Notes under the pieces: generated by a model
What the model saw: the letters and a program-made list of their open reading frames with translations, nothing else
Databases searched by the model: none
Told to the model about the DNA's origin: nothing
DNA from: an uncultured Acidobacteriaceae bacterium
GTDB lineage: Bacteria; Acidobacteriota; Terriglobia; Terriglobales; Acidobacteriaceae
Reading direction: 5' to 3'
Assembly: GCA_964247625.1 (NCBI GenBank)
Contig: CAXTVA010000003.1
Coordinates: forward strand, 228,849-292,848
DNA length: 64,000 nucleotides
Shown here: positions 29,162 to 39,000 of the stretch, one piece after another
How positions within the stretch are numbered: the stretch's first letter is position 1
Layout: each line of letters opens with the position of its first letter
Made by a program: the position numbers and the translations under genes

Positions 29162-32100
29162 ATGCGCCGTTTCAAGAGGACTTATATTTTTCTGTTGTTG
29201 GTTTCGACGCTGGGGCTGGTGAGCCTCTCGTCGATCGCACAGTCTGTGCGCGGAGCGCTCGCGGGCAACGTCACGGATGCGACCGGGGCGGTGCTGGCTG
29301 GAGCCACCATCACGGCGAAGAACACCGCGACGGGTATCTCGCGCACGACGGTCTCCACCTCGGATGGAGCGTACCGCTTTCCAGAGATCGCGCTGGGCAC
29401 GTATGACGTGACGGCCACGGCTCAGGGCTTTTCGACGCAGGTGCAGCACGGGGTTGAGGTCACGATCGGAAGCACGTCCGCGCTGAGCTTCAAGCTTCAG
29501 CCGGGTGGCGGCGAGACGACCGTCAATGTGGACGCGTCGGCGCCGACGATCGAGTCGCAGTCGTCGGACGTGAGTGGAACGGTCGAGTCGCGCCAGATCG
29601 TGGAGCTGCCGCTAGCGCTTGGCGGCGTCGGCGCGCTTCGCTCGCCGGAGGCGTTCGAGTTCCTTTTGCCGGGCACGACGGGTCCTGGATCGGCGAACAG
29701 CAACAACGGCATCTTCCTGTCGAAGATCTCGGGCGGCCAGGAGTATGGCAACGAGGTTCTGCTGGACGGAGCCAGCCAGACCCGAAGCGAGAACGGATCT
29801 TCGTTTGATGAAGAGGCGCCGTCGGTCGAAGCGCTGCAGGAGTTCAAGATCACAACGGCTATCCCCTCCGCGGAGTTTGGCCGCACGACGGGTGGCATCG
29901 AGAACTTCGTCACCAAGAGCGGAACCAACAGCTATCACGGGACGGCGTTCGACATCTTCCGCAACGAGGCGATGGACGCAAATACCTGGTTCAACGACGG
30001 CCATCTGGCACAGGACTGCGTGGGCGCGGGCGACACAGCGGCTTGCCGAGCGCAGTTTGTGAAGCCGAGCGACCGGCAGAACGACTACGGCGGCAGCTTC
30101 GGTGGGCCGCTGGGGATTCCACACATCTACAACGCCCAGAACAAACTCTTCTTCTTCTTCGCCTGGGAGCAGTTCCAGCAGAAGCTGGGTGCGACCCAGA
30201 CCAGCACCGTGCCCACCACTACAGAGCGGATGGGAGATTTCACGGACCGGTACAATCCGGCGGCGCCGCCGGCGACTGGCGGATCGATCAACCCGTGCGA
30301 CGGAACGACGATCTACCCCGGCGAGATCTTTGACCCGGCGACCCAGCGGACGGTGAACGGTGTGCAGTGCCGCACGGCGTTCTTCCGCAACGTGATTCCG
30401 ATGTCTCGCTTCAGCACGGTTGCGCAGAACACCCTCAACTTCATCCCGACGCCTTCAACGGCGGCGCTTGCGAACAACTTCTTCTTCCAGAGCACGATTC
30501 CGCTGAAGAATACGACGTACACGGTTCGCATCGATGCGAGCGTGGGCGCGCGGAGCAAGATCTTCGCGTCGTACAGCACGCGCGACAACAACCGCACCTC
30601 GGGTGGCAATCCGCTGCTGCCGTACCCGGAGGATCCGAACACCTGGAATCAGGACTTTGAGACGCACCTGAGCCGCTTTGGCTGGGACTTCATCGTCAAG
30701 CCGACTGTTCTGAACCACCTGAACTTCGGCTATAACCGGACGAACAGTGCCAACTTCGCGATCCCGATCTCAAACGGCATCGACTATGCATCGACGCTGG
30801 GCCTGAAGAACTCGCCGACCTCGCTGAACTTTCCGCAGGTCACCTTTGACGGACGCGACTCGTATGTCAATCTGGGCAATCCCGGACAGAATGACGACAA
30901 CATCGATAACGGCTGGCGGGTGAACGACAGCGTGAGCATCGAGAAGGGCCGGAACAGCTTCAAGTTCGGCTTCGATTACCGGTTGCAGCAGTACTCGCCG
31001 ATCAACAATCCCACGCCGGCCGTCAACTTCGCCCGCGTCCAGACCTCGTCCGATCCGTCGAACTCCGAGAACAACGGAAACAGCTTCGCCAGCCTTCTCC
31101 TCGGGGCGACCTCGGGCGGAAACTTCGCGCTCGGTATCTACTCCGAGAAGCCGCGCTGGACGTCGTACTACTACGCCCTGTTCGCGCAGGATGACATCAA
31201 GGTCTCAAACAACCTCACGATGAACGTCGGCGTTCGCTGGGATGTGGACGTCCCCCGGTCCGAGGCACACAATGCGACGTCGAACTTCAGCCCGACGGCG
31301 CTTGATCCGGAGTATGGTGTTCCCGGCGCGCTGGTCTTCGGAACACAGCTCAAGGGGACGTCTCGCTGGGCCAACACGTACTACAAGGACATTGCTCCGC
31401 GCGTTGGCTTCGCCTATACGCCCCCCGGGGATGGCAAGACGGTCTTTCGCGGCGGTGGAGCGATCTTCTACGGTCCGCTTCAGTTCTCTGACTTCGGCGG
31501 ATCGATGAACACCGGCTACAAGACGCAGCCGACGTTTACCAGCGGCGACGGGTTCTCCTCCGCGTTCGCGCTGGACAGCGGCTTCCCGAGCTACGCGCAG
31601 CCGCCGAACCTGGATCCCGGTGTCTTCAACGGTCAGGCAGTTACGAGCTCCTACATTCAGCCGCAGGATGGTAAGCCGGCAGCTGTGTACGAGTGGAGTC
31701 TGCAGCTGCAGCGAGAGCTGGCGCCGGATCTGATCCTGTCGATCGGCTACCTCGGCAACAAGGCGCAGAACCTCCGCTCGAACGTGCAGAACATCAACAA
31801 CATCCCGATCGCTGACTTCGCGTACGGCAATCAGCTGGGCAACCCGCTGAGCAGCAACACGGTCGGTGTGGCGGCTCCTTTCGGCGGCTTCACGACACTC
31901 TGGGGCGCGAACGCGCCACTGCAGCGTGCTCTGCGGCCGTTTCCGCAGTATGACTACATCGACTCCGGCTGCTGCCTGCAGAACGTCGGCATGTCGACGT
32001 ACAACGCTCTCCTGGTCTCGCTCAGCCGCCGCTTTCGCAACGGGCTGAGTCTCCAGGCCTCCTATACGTGGGCAAAGAATCTGACGGACGCGGACAGCGC

Positions 32101-32809
32101 TCTGCCGAATAACGGAATCGGTGTCTCCCAGGTGCAGAACCCGTTTGATCTGCACCAGGACAAGGCGATCAGTGCGCAGGATATCCCGCACACGTTCGTC
32201 ATCGCACCGCTCTATCGCCTGCCACTGGGCAAAGGTATGCCGTTCCTGAACCATGGGATCGCGAGCTACGTCGCAGGTGGATGGGAGATCGGGTCGGTTC
32301 AGCGATATGAGTCCGGCCAGCCGTTCTCGATCTGCTGCGCGAACGGGATTCCGGGCTTCGAGAACTCGATTTACTTCAATCGCGTTCCCGGCCAGCTGCT
32401 CAAGAGCGCGAACTACCAGAATGGGAAGATCAATCCACTTATCGCGTCGGAAAATAACTTCTTCAACTTCGCGGCGTTCCAGGATCCGAATCCCAGCGGT
32501 GCCATTCTGAGCGGAGCGTCGTATGGATTCGGCAACATTCCACGCGTTACCGGAGAGATCCGGACGCAGCCTTACCTGAACGAGGACTTCAGCCTTCTGA
32601 AGACCACTCCGATCAAGGAGGGTGTGGACTTCGTTCTCAAAGGAGAGTTTCTGAACGGCTTCAACCGCCACCAGTTCGCGCTTCCCAATCTGCAGCCGGG
32701 AGAGGTCGGGAACGCGGGTGCTGTTGCTGACAATGGAAACTTCGGTGTGCCGACAAGCACGATCACCACGCCGCGCAACCTGCAGATCACGGCGCGTATC
32801 TCCTTCTAA
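29162..32809 (+). CDS. TonB-dependent receptor with N-terminal carboxypeptidase-regulatory-like domain
   Basis: ATG at 29162 follows GGAGAGG. It has a signal peptide (MRRFKRTYIFLLLVSTLGLVSLSSIAQS), a CarboxypepD_reg-like segment, a plug-like segment, and a barrel ending ...TARISF. Confidence 0.85.
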   Translation: MRRFKRTYIFLLLVSTLGLVSLSSIAQSVRGALAGNVTDATGAVLAGATITAKNTATGISRTTVSTSDGAYRFPEIALGTYDVTATAQGFSTQVQHGVEVTIGSTSALSFKLQPGGGETTVNVDASAPTIESQSSDVSGTVESRQIVELPLALGGVGALRSPEAFEFLLPGTTGPGSANSNNGIFLSKISGGQEYGNEVLLDGASQTRSENGSSFDEEAPSVEALQEFKITTAIPSAEFGRTTGGIENFVTKSGTNSYHGTAFDIFRNEAMDANTWFNDGHLAQDCVGAGDTAACRAQFVKPSDRQNDYGGSFGGPLGIPHIYNAQNKLFFFFAWEQFQQKLGATQTSTVPTTTERMGDFTDRYNPAAPPATGGSINPCDGTTIYPGEIFDPATQRTVNGVQCRTAFFRNVIPMSRFSTVAQNTLNFIPTPSTAALANNFFFQSTIPLKNTTYTVRIDASVGARSKIFASYSTRDNNRTSGGNPLLPYPEDPNTWNQDFETHLSRFGWDFIVKPTVLNHLNFGYNRTNSANFAIPISNGIDYASTLGLKNSPTSLNFPQVTFDGRDSYVNLGNPGQNDDNIDNGWRVNDSVSIEKGRNSFKFGFDYRLQQYSPINNPTPAVNFARVQTSSDPSNSENNGNSFASLLLGATSGGNFALGIYSEKPRWTSYYYALFAQDDIKVSNNLTMNVGVRWDVDVPRSEAHNATSNFSPTALDPEYGVPGALVFGTQLKGTSRWANTYYKDIAPRVGFAYTPPGDGKTVFRGGGAIFYGPLQFSDFGGSMNTGYKTQPTFTSGDGFSSAFALDSGFPSYAQPPNLDPGVFNGQAVTSSYIQPQDGKPAAVYEWSLQLQRELAPDLILSIGYLGNKAQNLRSNVQNINNIPIADFAYGNQLGNPLSSNTVGVAAPFGGFTTLWGANAPLQRALRPFPQYDYIDSGCCLQNVGMSTYNALLVSLSRRFRNGLSLQASYTWAKNLTDADSALPNNGIGVSQVQNPFDLHQDKAISAQDIPHTFVIAPLYRLPLGKGMPFLNHGIASYVAGGWEIGSVQRYESGQPFSICCANGIPGFENSIYFNRVPGQLLKSANYQNGKINPLIASENNFFNFAAFQDPNPSGAILSGASYGFGNIPRVTGEIRTQPYLNEDFSLLKTTPIKEGVDFVLKGEFLNGFNRHQFALPNLQPGEVGNAGAVADNGNFGVPTSTITTPRNLQITARISF

Positions 32810-32860
32810 CAACAACTGCAACGAGGAAAGAGGGCGGCTTTGGCCGTCCTCTTCCATTGT

Positions 32861-33799
32861 ATGAACCTTCTTTTCCTCGCCGTGATGATGTCTTTCGGAA
32901 TGCAGGCGCCGGCGACTGTCCCGGGGCGGGCGGGATCGCTGGCGGAGGCTGGGGCGCGGCTCGAGACGGGCGATGCGGCGGGTGCCCGCGCGGAGTATGA
33001 GGCGCTGCTGGCGCAGGATGCGGCGAACCCGGAGGCACAGGAGGGCGAGGTCCGGGCGAGCGAGCGACTGGCACTGGAGGCGCGTGCGAAGAGAGACTTC
33101 GCCGGGGGGCTTGCGGAGCTCGAGCGGGCCCAACGGTTCGCTCCCGACAACGCGCGTCTGCTGTACGACCTGGGCGTGCTCGAAGAGCAGATGGGGCGCT
33201 TTGCCGACGCGGAGAAGGTCGCCGCCAGGCTGCGGGGGATAAAGCCGGACGACGGTGACGCGTTGTACCTAGCGGCGCGCGTGGAGCTCGACCTGGGCCA
33301 GTCTCCCGCGGCGGAGAAGGATCTGCGGGCGTACCTGGAGATGCGGCCGTCGGATGCCTCGGCGCACTATGGGCTGGGCCATCTGCTGATGATGGAGCAG
33401 CGGATTCCAGAGGCTCGCGCGGCCTTTGCGCGATCGATCGAGCTGCAGCCGGTGCAGACGGAGTCGTACTATCAGCTAGGCCAGATTGCGACGGATCTGC
33501 GCCATGACGCGGAGGCGAAGCCGCTGCTAGAGAAGACACTGGCGCGGGATCCGAGGCACGGTGGAGCTCTGACGTGTATGGGAGTCCTGGCGTATCGGGC
33601 AAAGGAGTATGCGGAGGCGCGGCGATGGCTGTCGGCGGCGGTAGAGAGCTCGCCGGAGTACCAGCCGGCGCACTACTATCTCGGGCTGACGCTGAACCGG
33701 CTCGGGGAGAAGGAGGCATCGGCGCGGGAGATGGCGGAGGCGACGCGGCTGGCGTCGGGGCAGCATGCGGCTCCGGTCGCGGATGCGACGGCGCCGTAG
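32861..33799 (+). CDS. secreted TPR-repeat protein
   Basis: It starts 51 nt after the receptor stop. ATG at 32861 (MNLLFLAVMMSFG) is preferred to TTG at 32840. It has several TPR units. Confidence 0.7.
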   Translation: MNLLFLAVMMSFGMQAPATVPGRAGSLAEAGARLETGDAAGARAEYEALLAQDAANPEAQEGEVRASERLALEARAKRDFAGGLAELERAQRFAPDNARLLYDLGVLEEQMGRFADAEKVAARLRGIKPDDGDALYLAARVELDLGQSPAAEKDLRAYLEMRPSDASAHYGLGHLLMMEQRIPEARAAFARSIELQPVQTESYYQLGQIATDLRHDAEAKPLLEKTLARDPRHGGALTCMGVLAYRAKEYAEARRWLSAAVESSPEYQPAHYYLGLTLNRLGEKEASAREMAEATRLASGQHAAPVADATAP

Positions 33800-33919
33800 G
33801 AAGCGCCTCGTGCTGGAGGTTCGGGGGCGAGGCGAGTGACGACGAGGTCGAGAGGACGTGTGAGCGTGCGGCGGTGACTCGGGAGGGGTGCTCGCGGGAG
33901 GCACTAGCGCGACACAGAT

Positions 33920-35446
33920 CTACGACGTGACACGAAGTTCGGCGAGATAGTTCGATACGGTTGCGATGTCCCCGGCGTCGGAGATCAGCGCGATGTAGCC
34001 GTCGGGACGGATGAGAACGAGGGTGCGATCGGAGGCAGCGTAGGCGCGGGCGAGATGGCCTTCGGAGTCGACGACGTCGGCAGGGCTGGCCGGTTGTGTG
34101 ACGATGTGAAGGGACCTGAGGCTCGACGGAGGGTCGGCGAGCAGGGCGGTCTCGCCGAAGTTGAGCAGGGTGAAGTGCCCGCCGCGTGTGAGGTCGAAGA
34201 GCCGGCGTTCGCCCTCCGCCGTCATCAGCCGAGTCGCATCGGGGGCGCGGTCGCCGGCGCGCAGGGGAGCGGTCTGGTCGCGGTCGTCACGTGCCAAGGC
34301 TGAGCCGCGGTAGGTGATGCCGAGCTGCATCGTGCTTGCATCGCGCTGGGTGGGTATGTCCTTTTGCTCGATCGCCTGTTTGAGGCGCGCGTTCGAGAGC
34401 GCGAGCACGCCGGCTGCGACCGGTCGCCGCTCGGCCTCGTAGGTGTTGAGCAGCGCTGGCAGGGCACCGTTTACGACGGCTGCGAGCTTCCAACCGAGGT
34501 TCTGCGCGTCCTGGATGCCGGTGTTCATGCCCTGGCCACCGGCGGGCGAGTGAATGTGTGCCGCATCGCCGGCGAGGAAGACGCGTCCCTTACGGTAGCG
34601 GTCTGCGAGGCGGATGTTGGCGCGCCACAGGGATGCCCACTCCGGCTGGTGGAGGCGGATCCCGGTGCGTCTGCTCCGCTTATCCAAGATCGCCTGCATC
34701 TTGACGAGGCTGAGCTCGGGGTCTTGTCCAGGCGCGATGCTGGCCTGGTACTGGAAGGCGTTGGTCGAGGGCAGCGGGCAGAGGGCGACGAGGCCCTCCG
34801 GGTGCGACCACATGTGCCAGGCGTTGCGATCGAGGCCGTCGAGATCCACATCGGCAACGATCATCCGGACGTCCTCGCGGGTCTCACCTTCAAAAGCGAT
34901 GCCGGCCTGCTTGCGGACGACACTGTGGCCGCCGTCGCAGCCGACCAGCCAGCGCGCGGTGACCGTCTCGGGCTCGCCGTTTGTGGTGAGTGTCGCCGAC
35001 ACGCGCTCGTCCGTCTGCTCGAGGCTGGCGAGCGCGGTGCCGAAGTCGACTCTGCCGCCGAGCTCTCCGAGCCGCCCTCTCAGGGCCTCTTCGATCCGCC
35101 ACTCGGGCGTAATGAGGGTTGCGGAGTACGGGATATCAGGCCGGTCGCCGAAGGTCTCCGTACCGCCCAGAGTTACTTGTCCATCGAGCGCTGTCTTGCG
35201 GATGGGCATGGCAAGCTGGCCGTTAGCGATCACGCGATCGACGATCCCGAGATCGTCGAAGACTTCGAGAGTGCGCGGCTGAATGCCTTTGCCGCGCGAG
35301 CCAGGCTGTGGGCCAGGCGAGGCCTCGATGAGGCGGTGGGAGATGCCGCTGCGGCCGAGTGCGCACGCCAGCGTCAGCCCGGTGGGGCCTGCACCGACGA
35401 TCAGTACTGCAAGGCCGTCTTCGCTGCTCTGTTTCTCTCGCATCAT
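33920..35446 (-). CDS. FAD-dependent aromatic-ring monooxygenase (PheA/TfdB-like)
   Basis: It has the GxGxxG motif VLIVGAGPTGLTLACAL, the DG and GD(AAH) FAD motifs (FLAGDAAHIHSPAGGQG) and a C-terminal thioredoxin-like domain. The start (35446, 35503 or 35545) is uncertain. Confidence 0.85.
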   Translation of the reverse strand: MMREKQSSEDGLAVLIVGAGPTGLTLACALGRSGISHRLIEASPGPQPGSRGKGIQPRTLEVFDDLGIVDRVIANGQLAMPIRKTALDGQVTLGGTETFGDRPDIPYSATLITPEWRIEEALRGRLGELGGRVDFGTALASLEQTDERVSATLTTNGEPETVTARWLVGCDGGHSVVRKQAGIAFEGETREDVRMIVADVDLDGLDRNAWHMWSHPEGLVALCPLPSTNAFQYQASIAPGQDPELSLVKMQAILDKRSRRTGIRLHQPEWASLWRANIRLADRYRKGRVFLAGDAAHIHSPAGGQGMNTGIQDAQNLGWKLAAVVNGALPALLNTYEAERRPVAAGVLALSNARLKQAIEQKDIPTQRDASTMQLGITYRGSALARDDRDQTAPLRAGDRAPDATRLMTAEGERRLFDLTRGGHFTLLNFGETALLADPPSSLRSLHIVTQPASPADVVDSEGHLARAYAASDRTLVLIRPDGYIALISDAGDIATVSNYLAELRVTS

Positions 35447-35763
35447 CCTCTCCCGTACAAGAGTTTCGTTCCTCTGCCCTCTGCTCGCGCTGCCGTTCGA
35501 CATGGTGCGACCTGCTTCACGAAGTTTAATCGTGTCGGCGGGCACGCATCCAAGTCGAAGCTCGATGAGATCTTTCTCCCTCTCGTCGACGCATCCACAA
35601 CAATAGAAGACGAGAGACTTGCTACAAGAAACGTAGCCAGCGTGAGATTACTTCGAGGTCCGCAGTCGAGTCTTCCGGGGTGGAGTTCCACCTTCCGGCT
35701 TCCGTCCAACGCTGTGACTTGCGGCGGGCGGATCGGGCAGGCGTAGGATGAAGCCGCTCCAAG

Positions 35764-36024
35764 GTGGAGTACTCCGTGCCGATCGACTACGACAAGATGC
35801 TGCAGTACACCACGCCGTTCCGCTGTCCGGAGTGCGGCGAGCACACCTTCCAGACGGATGCGACGCCAAGCTCGCCCGCTGCGCTCATCGATGCGGAGTG
35901 CACCAGCTGCGGCCACGCCCTGACGAAGGAAGAGGTTGAAGCGCAGCTGACGACTCTGCCGCCGGGTGCGATCCAGGCGATGGTGACCAGGTACCAGGGC
36001 AGCCGGTCGGACGAGTCACTGTAG
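35764..36024 (+). CDS. small zinc-ribbon-like hypothetical protein
   Basis: It has two CxxC pairs (CPECGEH, CTSCGH) and strongly G/C-ending codons. The likely true start is GTG 35776, preceded by GGTGGAG. Confidence 0.5.
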   Translation: MEYSVPIDYDKMLQYTTPFRCPECGEHTFQTDATPSSPAALIDAECTSCGHALTKEEVEAQLTTLPPGAIQAMVTRYQGSRSDESL

Positions 36025-36064
36025 ACGATTCGCGTGGTGGCGAAGCGCGGGCCATCCTCTTCGG

Positions 36065-39000
36065 TCACGGCGTTGGAGTGCTGATGACGAGGGGTGCGGA
36101 GGTTGAGGGCATGTAGGCTGCGGAGCCGGAGTAGGTTGCGGTGATCGTGTTGGTGCCCGGACCGGGAAGGGTGATGTTGACGATCGCGGCGAGGGTCGAC
36201 TGCTCGGTCAGAAGCGCGCGAACGAAGCTGCGTCCGCTGTCCGCATAGGCGACGTCGGGCACACCACTTCCGTCGAAGTCGCCCAGAGTTAGCGGACCGA
36301 GAGGTGAGTTGAGAACCGGCGCGCGCAGTGTCTGGAAGGTGCCATCGCCGTTGCCGCGCAGGAGCAGAAGGGAGTCGGTGAAGGTTCCTGCGGGCGTGGT
36401 GTTTCCGAAGCGCGTGGCGATGTCGAGCGTGCCGTTGCTGTCGAAGTCCGCAAGCTGAACCTCGGAGTAGTTCTCCTGTGATCCACTCAGCGTGATGCCG
36501 GTGTGGAAGGTTCCGTCCCCATTGCCGAGCAGGACGGTCAGATCCTGTCCGCTCACAACCAGGTCGGGCGTGCCGTCGCCGTTCAGGTCGCCGAGCGCCA
36601 GGTCATGAACGAAGACGAGAGGAGAGAGCGGCAGGCTGGATTTGGCGGTGAAGGTTCCATCGCCGTTTCCGAGGAACGAGAGCACTGACTCGCCGGCGCT
36701 GGTGAAGTTGAGGAGTGCGAGATCGGGCAGGCCGTCGCCGTTGAGATCGGCGAGGACCGCGTTGCCTTGCTGTCCACTGACGCGCATGGTCTTGGGAGCG
36801 GCAAAGCTGCCATCGCCGCGACCAAGGGAGGTCGTGACGGCGTTGCCCAGCGTGGAGAAGCTGCTCGTGGTGACGAGATCGGGAATGCCGTCACCGTTGA
36901 CATCGGCGACCACGGCTGCGGAGATGTCGGGTTGCTGCACGACAATCACAGGTGCGCCGAAGGTGCCGTCTCCGCGGCCGGGAACGACGACGACGGCGCC
37001 CTGGTCACTCTGGTCGGCGGAGATGATGTCGAGCAGGCCGTCGCCAGTCGCGTCCGCGACGAGCAACAGACCAACCGCGGCGCCCGGAACCGGCTGCGGC
37101 GCGCGGAAGGTGCCGTCGCCGTTCGCCAACAGCACTTCGACGCCAGACTCACCCGCGACGACCAGATCGGAGATGCCGTCACGGTTGAAGTCGCCACTTG
37201 CGATGGAGAAGGGGCTCGGGGCGGTGTTAGCGGAGGGCGCGGGGGTGAAATTGACGGTCGAGATCGCGGAATTCAGCGTGGCGCTTCCGAGCGCAAGGGG
37301 AGTGGCGCCGTTCAGGGAGTCGCTAAATGTCACTGTTCCTGTTACAGGAAGAACTCCGAAGGCCTGCACCGTATTGCGGAAGCTGTAGATGCCGTTCTCC
37401 GCGCGCGGGATGATGGTGGTGGTCAGGTTGCGTCCGGCGCCGGTGGTGACGACGTTGACGGCGGCGGAGATCACGCGAGCAACCGGCGACGGGGTGCGCG
37501 GCGTGCCCTGAAAGATGGCGCGCACGACCGTGGTTCCGACCGGCAGGCGCACGGGCAGGACGGCTACGCCGTTGACGACCTGCGCCTCGCCGAGGATGTC
37601 GGGATGATTGAAGGGCGTGGTGTTGACGCTGCACGGCACCACGGTCGCGTTGCAGAAGACGACCTGGCCGTGCGGCACGGGGCTGCCGCTGCTCAGAACC
37701 TGCGCGGTGAGGTTCAGCGTTGTGCCGGCGGCGACGGTCGTCGATGGAGAGCCGGTCAGCGCGATGGTCGCCGTTGATGCGATGAAGTAGGTCGCTGTGG
37801 CGGGGGCGCTCGGGACGTGGTCAGGAGCGACGACGATCGCTCTGATGGTGACGATGCCGGGCGCGGTGAAGGTCAGCGGGCCAGTGTAGAGCGTCGAGCC
37901 TGGGGTGGGCGTGGTGCCGTCGAGCGTGTAGTCGATGGTGCACGGGCCGGAGGCGCAGCGGGTGGGGTCGGCGAGGATGCTGATGGTGAGTGGCGCGGGG
38001 TAGACGCCGGGCTGGGGTGTGAACGTGGGCACGGGCAGGCGGATGAGATACACGGCCGTCACGACGGGACTGGAAGAGGCACCGGAGAGCAGAGCGATCG
38101 CCTTGATGGTCGTCTGGTTCGTTGCGCGAATGGCCCCGGTATACCGCGTCGCATTCGCCGTGGGTATAGAGCCGTCCAGGGTGTAAAAGATGACGGCTCC
38201 TGGCGTCGCGTCCGTGATGGTCACGTTCTGAACGTCCGGGTAGATCGCAGGCGCGGGGTGGAATACGGGAGCCGCGGTCGAGTTGCTGAGGGAGAGCGCT
38301 GGCGCACTGCTGGCGGCGTAGTGAAGGTCGCCGGAGTAGGTCGCAATGATGCTGGTTCCCCCCGGCATGGAGAGGTTGACGTTGCTGGCGACGACGGTGG
38401 TGACCTGACGGCCGAGGCTGACCCCGTTCTCGGTGACGATGTCGGAGAGTCCGTCGTTGTTCAGGTCGCCTGTGGTGAAGGTGCTGACCTGCTCGGGGAG
38501 CTGCATCGCGAGATGGAAGGTGCCGTCGCCTTTACCCAGATAGACAGCCAAGGGCGAGCCGGCTACGAGGTCTGGGATGCCGTCTCCGTTCTGGTCTGTG
38601 GCGCTGATGGACGGCGTGCCCCCTTGTACCGGCACGGGCGGCGCTGCAGTGAAGGTGCCGTCGCCCTTGCCGAGAAAGACCGAGACAAAGGTGTCGTTGA
38701 CATTGGCCACCGCGAGATCGGGGCTGCCGTCACCGTTGAAGTCTGCGGCCACGACCCCTTGCGGATTGATGCCCGTGGGCAGCGTCGCGGACGTGCGGAA
38801 GGTGCCATCGCCGTTGCCGAGACGGATGGTGAGACTATTCTGCGTTGCGGGGCTGGTGGAGACGTTGGTGATGGCGAGGTCGGGGATGCCGTCCCCATTG
38901 AAGTCCGCCGACGTGATCGCCTCGGGAGAGCTCAACGAGGTGTCCGTGCCTGTGCCAAAAAAGCCGCCGGTACCGTCGCCGAGCAGGATCATGACGGCGT

